Below the pieces are notes generated by a model, which searched no databases, was not told where the DNA came from, and was given only the letters and a program-made list of their open reading frames with translations. DNA of 64,000 nucleotides from Cenococcum geophilum (Eukaryota), in assembly GCA_050273025.1 (NCBI GenBank), contig CP158635.1, positions 22,878,001-22,942,000 of the forward strand, given 5' to 3'. A program made the position numbers and the translations under genes. Positions 13,598-24,047 of this stretch are shown here, one piece after another. How positions within the stretch are numbered: position 1 is the first letter of the stretch; the number at the start of each line of letters is the position of its first letter.

Positions 13598-14237
13598 AAA
13601 CGCTATATAGCTCACGCTCTTAGCGGGCTAGCGGCTGCTAATATTAATATTAAAATGCCAACCCTACTCCCTAATAAGAGAATGATGGGTAGGTAGACAC
13701 TAGAAGATGCTTTAGGTGTGAGTAGTTACGGAAGAGTATTCTTTACCTTAGGGAGCGTTCGGTTGCAATCTGGAGCTTTTTGGGCTTACAGCTCGGCGTG
13801 GTCCGAAAAAAGCTCGGCGTGGTCCGAAAGTTCAACGTGGTCCGAACTTCAAATTTAACCCTGGACCACGCTCAGCTTTGGACCACGCTCAGCCTACGCA
13901 TATGCAATGCATATGCAATTTAAATAAAATAGAAAATGCACAGTTGTTAATCTTAAATTGCAAATATCCTAGCGTACATGCCCTGTATATGCCCTGTATA
14001 TGCCAGGCATATACAGGGCATATACAGACACTTTAATATAATTTTTAAATTTTTAAAAAAGATTATAGCTATATATGCCTGGTATATGTTGGGCATATGC
14101 CTAGCATATACAATATATTAACTTATACTGCCCTCTAAAGTATTCCCTTTAAGGTAGGCTGCGCTATAATATCTACCTAAGTATATACTATGCATATACT
14201 ACGCATATGCTTAGCATATATACTACTAATATATTAT

Positions 14238-17200
14238 CCCATCGTGCGGCAGAAGTGTAAGGGTACTTTTGGTCCCTTACTCGGCTACATCCCGGGAGCT
14301 CTCAGGGGCTGCCAAGGCTAGCCTTCGGCTAGGCCTTGGCCACCCCTTATAAGCTCCTCGGGCTTGCAGCCTCCTTCCTCCCCCATCGGTTCGTCTCAGT
14401 ACTAGGCTATTGCCTACCCTCATTACCATATCGTCCTCTTCCATCAACTCCCTATGTGACTCATGCTCGGCTTGCCTGCTCCCTACCGTACACCCTGGCA
14501 ATACTGCCTTACAAGAAGTCACTGTTCGTATTGGGCGCTTTTGGCGCTTTTGCTCGGGTTAGCATGCTGCAGGCACCCTAGCTAGCGCGATTTAACTAGC
14601 AAGCCCCACCAAACACGTCGATATTGCGATGCCGACAAAATGCTGCAGAAGGCCACCACTAAAAACACCAATAAAAATTTTTTTTTAAGGAAGTTGAGCA
14701 AAAAGTCGTGATATATGACGTTATGTCTGTAGGTTTCTACCCTCCCTCTATTAACCAGCTGCTAATTATATAGGAAAATCCTCTATTAAAGTCTACCGAA
14801 TTACTGCCACCTGTACGCTTTATATACGTTCTTAACGTTAATAAAAATAAGCTGGTAAAGGACCAGCTTAAGGTTATAAGGGAGGATGTGCAGTATACGT
14901 TAAATAAGATGTATTAAGTGCTACAGGTCATTAAACGGTTTAGTCAGCGGTTATTTAGCATAGAGGATTAATTGAAGGCGGTAAAGAAGGACTTAAAGGA
15001 GGCTAAGCAGGACGCTGCACTAAAAGCTTAATTAGCTTTAGAGTCTTAATATTAGGGGCGTAAGGAAGTAGAGGGCTTAAAATAGTTACCTAGTTATCGC
15101 CTACTAAATAGAAGTTGTTAAAGCACTAAAGGCACAGAGGAAGCCTATAAACCTTACATTCATATACTGTTTGCCTTATCTTTGTTATAAGCTTCTTTAC
15201 CTCCTTCTATCTACATATCTAGCACCTTAATAGGCCCTTATAACCTTGCTTCTTTATAAATCTTTTAATAGAACGGTGAGTCCGCGTCCTGCACCGTCGA
15301 ATTATAGGTAGTGGGGTTTTAGCAGTGACGTAGGTGGTTTTTTAATTTATTTTAATATTTCTATGGCCAGGCCTAATACTAGGTTGATATTGCCTGTGTT
15401 TTAGTAAGCCCTAATAAAGAAGACGCTCAGTATCTTGCTTATTTAGGCCTATTTGCTAACTACCTATAATAATAAGATTCCATACTAATCGTATATGGAA
15501 ACGGTGGTGGTTTTAAAGGAAGGGCCTGCTTGACGTTTAGAAGATCTTCTTACTAATAATATAGGCGTTAATTATAGCCGTATTAAGCGCCTAGAAGAAT
15601 AAGGGCAGCTAGGTGTGTATAGTGGTAATCTAGGTGGTATAGTAGCTTCGAAGCTGATTATAAATATTAACGCCGCCTATCCAGTTATTGTAGTCGATAG
15701 AGACCCTAGGAAGCGTTAACTTCTTAACTAGATTATTACCCCAAACGTTAGCTACTAGCTTCTTAAGGAAGGAATTATATGCCCGCGGTTAACGCCAATT
15801 AACTTTATTAACGTCTTTATTACTGTATAAATAAGCTGTCGTCAAAAACCGTACTAAATTCTTATCCTGCTATACAATTAAAAGCACTAGATTAATTACG
15901 CTGATAACTGTTCCCGTAATAAAATTAAATAGTAGCCTTTTCTTTATTTTATTAACCCTTTTATACACCTTTAGATAGTCCTTTAAGTTTAATCGAACCG
16001 TCCCAGCTATAGCAATTCTAAGCCGTCAAAGCACCTGGAATAACGGAATATTTATAAAATAGTTATCTAAAAATAGGCAAAATTAATAAGCCTAAAGAGG
16101 AAGTTGTTAGGTAAGGTAGAGGACGCACTTAGAGGTATTTAAGAGAACAATATTTTAATAATCTATTTAAAAAGGAAGCCTAAAAAAGCAGCTAGGTAAG
16201 GTAAATATAAAGCTATAGCAATATCCATATTAACAAAGGCTTATTATCTTAAAGCCCTTAGGTATTAGCTTGCTAGGCAATTTAACTATAGCTGTAGATT
16301 ATCTAGTAAACCTTATTATTATCTTATTAAAGCTAACTATAGATTTAGGTATAACGTACTTTCTAAACGCCTTACCTAAAGGAGTCGTTAACAGCTCGAT
16401 TTTCTTAAAGATATAACGTTTAACGCCCTCTAGTGGAGGTAGTAAAATATAGAAGAAGCGCTTAAGTTACTCCTATTTTTTCTAACCTATAAATAAGCTG
16501 ATTAAATATCTAGGATATTTAGGATCTATAGCCCAAAGATCTTATACCTAAGTACCTTTAAAGACGCCTATATAGATAATAAGCCCTACCCAAATTATTA
16601 ATTCGCTAGTAGAGGTCTCCTTCTACGCCTGTAATTGTTTACCCGTATATTATCCTAATTAGTAATATCTGCTAGCATTTTGAGATACTATATATAGGTT
16701 TATATTAACAGCGAGCCTCTTAAATATACTAATACTAAAGAACAGTAGAAATACTCGAATTAGTAGGTTCTATCCAGATCTATATCTACTAGACGTTATA
16801 CTAATCTGATCTGCTAGTATACAGTAAGTAGAGCGCTTATCCTTAACTTGGTTAGGAAGATTATTAGATTTATTACCCGCGTTAAAGCCACTAATAGGCT
16901 CACTAGCACGCTAAGCGGCGAATATTAACTTATCTGGAAGGTTAATAACTTTAAGATCTAGCTTAGAAACAGCGGCTATAGGCTCCCATAAAGTAGGAAC
17001 GGTAGGAAGGCCTATTTTTATAACTTCTTTAGCTAATAGCTCTAGTAGTTTAGTCTTATCTACCTTATCTACCTTATCCTTAGCGGTCTTACTGCGGGCC
17101 TTAAAAACGGCTCCTAATTCGTCCTTAATATCCTTAATCTGGCTGCTTAGCCAAGTCTCCTTAATATCCTTAATTAGCACCGCTGCCTACTGCGTAGCTA

Positions 17201-17659
17201 CTAAAGCTACTAAAGCCTCTGGAGGCTGCGCAACTACTGCCGATAAGCTATTATGTGTATACTGCGTCGCTTAAAAGGATTGTAAATAGGACTCCTAGGC
17301 TAGAGGTGCTTTTAGAGGCTTTAGAGGCCTTAAAGGCTTTAGAGCCAAAGACGCACAACGTTTTTTAGGTGGCATAAGGACAATATTTTGCTGGCAATTT
17401 AAGGATTAAATAGGCGGCGACGATATTAAAGCTTTTTAATTAACTACACTAAATATTATACAGGCTTCCTAGCCACGTTGCTGCTGTTCACCGCAATATT
17501 CAAGCGTCGAAGATGTCAATAAGGCGCTAGCACCCCTGCCGCCAAGTAAAAGTACTAACTCAAGGCCTTAACACCAAGCTATATACGGTATAGAGCCTTA
17601 GATAGGCTTATGAGGCTTACATATACAAAAAGTGCAAGAAACGGTTGCCATATAATGGG
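14238..17659 (-). mobile_element. piggyBac-family transposon, RIP-inactivated
   Basis: Minus-strand transposase from about 17375 (MPPKKR). Motifs de-RIP to SFDEMMIRFTGRS..KLPSKPIPEGFK, FLDNYF, AGTVR and GGVD..DQLRSYY (DDE_Tnp_1_7). Termini are CCCATCGTGCGGCA and CCCATTATATGGCA. Confidence 0.85.
14256..14513 (+). mobile_element. Solo LTR, 258 bp
   Basis: TGTAAGG...CCTTACA termini with a perfect 5-bp TSD AGAAG. Similar to the LTR at 28123-30176. Confidence 0.9.
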
Positions 17660-19619
17660 ATATATACTTACTATTCTAAAAAGGTAAGCTATAGTATAGT
17701 ATTTATATATACTATAGCAATACTTAGCAATACCGCAATATATATTATAGTATATATCTAGTATATGCTAGGCATATGCCTAATATACACTATATCTAGT
17801 ATATACTTACCGTTGCGATATATTCTTATAGATATATATATATACTTAGTATATGCAATATACTTATTATCCGTATATGCTTAGCATATACAACCACCAA
17901 TAAGCCACTTAATATACTTCTCTTGTAGTTATATATGTGCATATACTTAGCATATGCACCGCATATTTAATGCATATGGTTGCTAAAGGCAAATTGTGGC
18001 TACTAATGCGCGTTCTGTATGGGTAAAAGTTGAGTACCGCCGACCTTTTGCCGGCGCTCCATCGGTGACCACGCTCAACTTTCGCCGACCCCCATCGGCG
18101 ACCACGTTCAACTTTCTCCGGACCACGCTCAGCTGTACCCCGGAGCTTTTTCAATCTGACGTTGACCTGTGCTTTCTTCCGGCAGAAAGGACGCGTTCCT
18201 TCCTAATTTGATACGCGTTTGTGGCTTTGTAAAAGCACGGGCGTATGCAATCTAAAGGCTCCAGAATGAACTGAATCTGAAATCTGGAACGTAGACCTCC
18301 AGATTAAACTAACGCCAAGACCTTCAGTTCAGAAGCCGTATACAGTAAAGTTGCCAACTTTTTAGTAACTTTTAGCGTGTTTTTTGGGCGGTCAGAGGAA
18401 CATCAAAAATTTGTGGCTGAAGTCAGGTTGAACTGGAATTTAACCGAACAGTCGCCTCAGAATCAGATTGGAGCTCCAGATCAACTCCATTCTGAACTGA
18501 ATCTGGGGCCTCCAGATTGCAACCGAACGCTCCCTTAGATTAGTTAGCTAACGTAGCTGCTATTAAAGTAGTAAAGCGGACTTCTCAAAATTATTATAGT
18601 GTGGATAAAGAGGTTGAGACACTTTAGGAAGTAACTAATTTTATATAGAAGTTAGACGACAGCAAGCGAATTTTGCGTATAGTAGAGGTGATCTACTCTA
18701 ACAGTAAGGAGTTCTCCTCTAAGACGGCCTTTAATAATGTTACTATTGTCCTAAAGCCAATAACGCCCTAGACCTTTAGTAACTTAGTAAGGACTTAGAG
18801 TAAGGGGTAAGCCTCTTATATTTTTAAAATTATAGTTTAAGAGAATATAGCTAATATATAAGCTTAATAGAAGGTGCAAGGATATAATAATAGAGGTAGC
18901 AACTACATTCCGCGCCGTAATACTAGGTATTAAAGTTATATATAACGGACACTAGCTATACCACGGCCTAAAGCCGACTAATATTGGCCTTATTGGTAAG
19001 CCGCTCTGTTTTATCCTATTAGATATTAGTATATCTAGGTAGGTAGGTTATTACGGCCTAAGCTAGGTATAGTTAGTATAATCGGCTATCCTACTTCTAA
19101 GCTTAAGCTAGAGGATTATAACTACTCTATTAATATCTGGTTTATAGGTATTATCTTATTTAAGCTAATATATAACTACTACCTATAGAAGTTCTCTATT
19201 AACCTATAGCGCGATAGTAAGGATAACGAGAAGCTACGCCCTTCCTTTTAGAAGAGTTATTAAAATGCTATTAATAAAATAGCTAGGGATTATAAGAGTG
19301 CGTACGCGTCGCTAGCTAGAGGCTATATATATTATAAGTATTCTACATTATAGAGCTTTAATAGCTTTTAGTAGTAGATAGGCTAATCCAAACTTGTAGT
19401 CGGCGGTCTCTTTATTAAGATAGTAAGATACTAGTAGGCAGCGAATAACTATACGCAGCGCCCTAATATTAATAAAGTTCTTTAGTACCTAGCTTAGGGC
19501 TTATTGCTACCCAAATCTTTATAGGTAAAGAGATAACAGTTAAAGTATAGCCTTAAAGATAGGGAGGTATAAGTAAGCGTTGTCCTAGCTGGCATATTAT
19601 AGTTATATAAAAGAGAGAC

Positions 19620-20075
19620 TAGTAGCACAGAAGACAGCTCTTATGCTTTCGGGTTTAGGTTGTTAAGACCATACTTAGATGAAACGTAGCGCTTAATACC
19701 GGCTATAACGGCGGCGTTAATAAATTAATACTTCTCTGCAACAGAGGTGCTAGTTAAGGCATTTACTACAATATCCTAGCCTTAGAAGGTGGCGATAAGG
19801 TCGGCTTCCGGGTAGTTGTCTAGAACGGTGGTAACGCGTATAGAGGGTAGGAAGCTACTGTAGGATTTAGAGGATTGCCGGAGAAGAGCTATATTCTTAA
19901 ATCTAAGTTCTTAAAGCCCGGATAGGAGTATATTGCTAAGGGAACCACCAGCTTAGGGAGAAGTTTAGTTAAGAATTATTTACGTGGTGCCAGCTATCAA
20001 CTTACCCCTATAAGAATAATGTTGCGATTTCGTTAGAGTTATATATTATAGTATCCGACTATATTTATTTAAGAG
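19620..20075 (-). pseudogene. Truncated, RIP-decayed NmrA-like / isoflavone reductase-like gene
   Basis: NIILIG|intron|AGGSLSNILL...DLIATF*G*DIVVNAL...FINAAVIAGIKRYVSSKYG, i.e. a Rossmann fold start plus the NmrA-type GVKRFxPSEYG motif. Confidence 0.75.
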
Positions 20076-20207
20076 GAAGCCTTAATCTCTAAATCTGCTA
20101 TTCTAGCTAGCGTAGTTTTTATTTTCAATATTGGCTAATTAGATTAATTAATATTGTTACTAATCAATATTGGTGAGTATTGGCGAGTATTGGCTATATT
20201 TGTAATA

Positions 20208-22246
20208 TAGTAAAGCCGCGTTATACCGTTCAGCTTGGTAGTAGGGGGTTTAAACGTTATGCCGTATAAAAACGTTATATTGCGAGCTCACTTATTAATC
20301 GCTGCAAGGGGCTAAATTAACTCTTCTCTCTATCCATAACTACTTAAAGAAGCTTGTAATAGTCGTCTGCCTTACCTACGCGGCTTAACGGCCTTAAATT
20401 ACTCTCTCTACCTTTATAAGAGCTATAATTAGAGTCTTATTACCATTCTCTTGCTACCCCTTATAGAGCTTAAGGCGCTCTAGTGCATCTAAAGCCTTAT
20501 TAAGCTTAATAACTTATAGCTTAACCTCCTTATTGCTTTCTTTATTATCTAGCGCGTTATATAAAGTAATAATTAAGACTTTAATTACTTCCTATAATAT
20601 AGAGGCCTTAGGCTCTATTAAAGCGTCCTCCCTATTTGTATTAATAAAATTACTAATAGGAATTAATTGCCTAATTTGCCCTACCTAGCTAAGCTACTAT
20701 AAATATACCTCTAATTTAGCCTTAAGCTAAGGCTTACTATACCCGCTTAGCGTACCTTAGGGGCCCTTACGGGGTCTAAAGATTATTAAATATATAAAGC
20801 AATTCATTACGGTTTAAGGGTTAATTTTATACTATGCTATAATAGCCCACTAAATAGCCCTAAGTACGTTTATCGTCTTAAGGGGGTTCCTATCTTATTA
20901 TACCTAATCTACTATATAGGACAGCCAGTAGCGGCGGTAATAGGCTTTAAAGGTTTAAATTATACCCTAATCTAGAGGCTAATAGAAAAAGGTAACGTTT
21001 TTAGGCAGAAATTTAACCCTAGTATTAAGCAAGCTGGCGCGCTCTAATATTATAAGTATATCCCCAGTATGGCCAGGAGCGGAATTAATAAGTAGGAGGA
21101 CCTTTCTGCCGCCTATTAAGCCGTTAAACCACTTAATATAATTAAGGAATATTAACGCCGTTATCTAGGCCTTCTTATTAAACCTTTAGGCGAAGTTAAG
21201 GCCCCTAAGGTTACTACGCTACGTGCTAAAATATTAAGGATTTTTTACTCTTTTAATAATTTATAGGGGTACAATATAGCTGCCATCTGCGTTGCTGCGG
21301 TAAATAGTTATAATACGCTCCTTCTACTTTTTAGTGCCTAATTGCCCTATAGTTGCAAGTCCTATATCTAGCGTGGCCTTATAGAAAAGCCCTGCCTTAT
21401 CTATATTATAGACGTCTTAATTTAGGTACGCATTTATAACAACCCTAAGCTCTTATATACGTTCCTTAGCGCCCTTTATATCTACTAACCTAGCCTTACT
21501 ATATAGTTTCTGTCTTAATATTTAATTTCTCTTCTTAAAGTTATTAACCTAACCGCTTAAGAAGCTAGGCTATTATTAACCCTGATAATACGCCATTATA
21601 TTCTAAAGCTTTATTACTATAGCCTAAATAAGGTTACTAGTAATAAGTATATCAGCGGCCTATATCCGCTATTGCTATTTAAATAGCGCTTCTTTAAGCT
21701 TAGGATTGTTAGGAGCTCTACCCCCCCTAAAGCCCTTCTAGCCGCGCTAAAGGACTAGTAAATTAAGGTACTTATATTTAGGCTTTAAGGAGTCTAATAT
21801 AATAGACTGTTAAATAGGGCGATAAAATTAATTGGTAAAAAAGCGAGTAGTGTTTCTCTAAGGTTTTCTAGGGTTCTTACGGCAGTATACCCGGATCTGC
21901 TGCCTTTTATACTCTAAAATACTATAGCGGCGGAGGTGCTTAGGGCCGTCCTTAGGCTTCGCCATTGTATAGGGCAAGAGGGGTATTAAATTAATGAATA
22001 TTAATGGCTACGGTGCTGGTTTATAGGCTTAAGAGTAAGGGGTTAATGCTTCTAAAAATAGGGGTTTTAACCCTATAATAGCTCGTGCTATACCGTTCTT
22101 ATATAAGAGAGCTTTAAACGTAACGGCGTATTAAATTTAAACGTAAGCCTTATAAACCTCATAGTAAAATTAACTGTTTATGGCTATTGACCGTTATACC
22201 GTAGAGGAACGGTGTACCAAGATAACGTTAAAACGCGGCTTTACTG
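20208..22246 (-). mobile_element. pogo/Tigger-type (CENP-B HTH + DDE_1) DNA transposon, RIP-inactivated
   Basis: TIR (C/T)AGTAAAGCCGCGTT with TA TSDs. Minus ORF from about 21965 (MAKPKDGPKHLRR) contains DVYNIDKAGLFY, ERIITI..NADGS and KVLLLINSAPGH. Confidence 0.85.
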
Positions 22247-22509
22247 TATTTGCAGATCTTCTTAGCACCCCTTTAAAAAAAAACTTTAATATTTTGGATA
22301 AATTATTAAATATTATAGCTTTTAAAGCAGACTTATTACGTTTTATACTTATATTAGACTCCCTTAATATAGAGGAGTTATTAAACTGCTAGTAAAAGAA
22401 AACTTTTAACCTATAAATACTGGTTAGTAGGGATTTGTTTCGCAAATCCTATCTCTCTATTATGCTGCGCAGCCCCCGGGGGACTGCGCTGTGGGGGCTG
22501 CTTTGCAAT

Positions 22510-23290
22510 AGGGGGTAAGCCTTAAGCAGAGCCTTATGTAGAGCTTTAGTAGAGCTTTGTATAGAGCTTTAAGCAGAGCTTTAAGTGGAGCTTTAATAGG
22601 GCTTTAATAGGGCTTTAAGTAGAGCCTTGTGCAGAGCTTTAAGCAGAGCTTCGATAGAGCTTTAAATAGAGCTTCGAGCAGAGCTTCGAGCAGAGGTTAG
22701 TTAGATATTTAAGTAGAGGTTTAATAAAGCTTCTCTATATAGACCTTGTATTTAGGCTTATTTTTAAAGGCTTTGTAAAGGGCTTTATATAGAGCTTTAA
22801 ACAGAGCTTTATATAGGCGTTTGTGCAGGCGTTCGTGTAGACATTTATAGAGACGTTTGTAAAGACGTTTGTATAGACGATTGTATAGGCAATTATATGG
22901 ATATTTAATTAATTAATTGTATAGGCGTTCGTACGGGCGTTTGTACAGGTAATTAATTAATTAATCGATTAATTATATAGGCGTTTGTACGGGTAATCGT
23001 GCGATATTTATGGAGCCGTTTGTAGAGACGGTTGTATAGCGACTAATTGTATAGGCGTTCGTACGGCCGATTGTAGAACCTTCCTAGTATATTAGTACTG
23101 CGTGTTAGTAGAGCTTTAGAGCTCTATATAGGGCTTCGAGTAAAGCTTTGAGCAGAGCTTTGAGCAGAGCTTTGAGCAGAGCTCTGAGTAGAGCTTTAGG
23201 TAGAGCTTCGCGTAGAGCTTCCGCAGAGCTTAGGTAGAGCTCCGTGCAGAGCTTCGTGTATAGCTCCGTGTATAGCTTACCCCTAAGCTC
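22510..23290 (-). repeat. 12-bp-based tandem arrays (AGAGCTTCGTGC-like), partly RIP-damaged, downstream of ORF start MPRGVKRAQNG at about 23540
   Basis: Inverse of the GAAGCTCTGCAC array at 11340-11510. The minus frame reads Ser/Arg-rich RSSA/RSST repeats. Confidence 0.7.
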
Positions 23291-24047
23291 GTCCGCGAAG
23301 GTCCTCGCGAAGGTCCTTATAAAGCTCTCTACCTCTACGCAGACGTAGAGCTTATAACTATATTAGGGCCCGTATAATAACGTATAGGGGGTGTATTGTT
23401 TTGATGGTGTATCTGCATGTTTTCTACAACGGTCTTAATTGTATCTAGAGTGGAAACCTCGTCCGGCTTAATATTTGCGGGATCAAACCCAACATATATA
23501 AAGCAGCCATTTTGTGCGCGTTTGACACCGCGGGGCATTGTGGGTAGTGTGAGAGCTAATGCGGGGTATAGGCTTTGGTTGATCTGAAAGCGGTCGATGG
23601 AGGGCTCAGAATAAGTGAAGAAGTTAAAAGTGTCTCGCTTAAGTAAGCTGGGAGCTAAGCCTAAGTGAGCTTCCTCGTGACCCCTCACATAGTTATCGCC
23701 CTGCGCAAGAGCAAAGAAGTCAAGCAGAATGTGAAGCCTTGCTGCGCCACACCCTAGCATTGGCTCCAACAACATGCACAACGCGCCAGCCAATGAGAGT
23801 TCCGGAATATTATTACGATAGGGTGGGGCTCATGGCATAGCCCCTTCTTCAAGTTGTCTGAAATACTCCTCCTAGATCGTCTGGCCGCCAAATCTATTCT
23901 TCGCCAAATGTTCAACCTTTTTGCTTCTCCTCTTAACGCATTACTCTAGACAGCTACGCATGATATCTTCCTCCAACGAGGCGAGTCATTGTGTTCGCAT
24001 CTGTCTCGTAAATTCCCCTCTTCCGTCCTCTCAAATCTCGCATCAAG

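Larger units (their letters stand above)
13789..18135. mobile_element. Non-autonomous Tc1/mariner-like element (about 920 bp without its insert)
   Basis: TIR CAGCT(C/G)(G/A)GCGTGGTCCG with subterminal CGTGGTCCG repeats. TA TSD at 13787-13788 and 18136-18137. Confidence 0.75.
13751..18534. mobile_element. PIF/Harbinger-like MITE (about 440 bp without its insert)
   Basis: TIR GGGAGCGTTCGGTTGCAATCTGGAG at both ends, with a 3-bp TTA TSD. Confidence 0.8.
10411..19550 (+). pseudogene. RIP-decayed Ser/Thr protein kinase gene with a long N-terminal domain, split by insertions at 11071-13597 and 13751-18534
   Basis: Joined pieces read (M)SDRAFASLIPANTLARL...G*VVGKG...EAR|KRYIAH...LGVSSYGRVFFTL|D*LANVAAIKVV...YHGLKPTNIG...LLDI...IGYPTSKL...SINIWFIGIILF. 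These de-RIP to the G-loop, VAIK, HRDLKPxN, APE and DIWS motifs. Confidence 0.85.
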
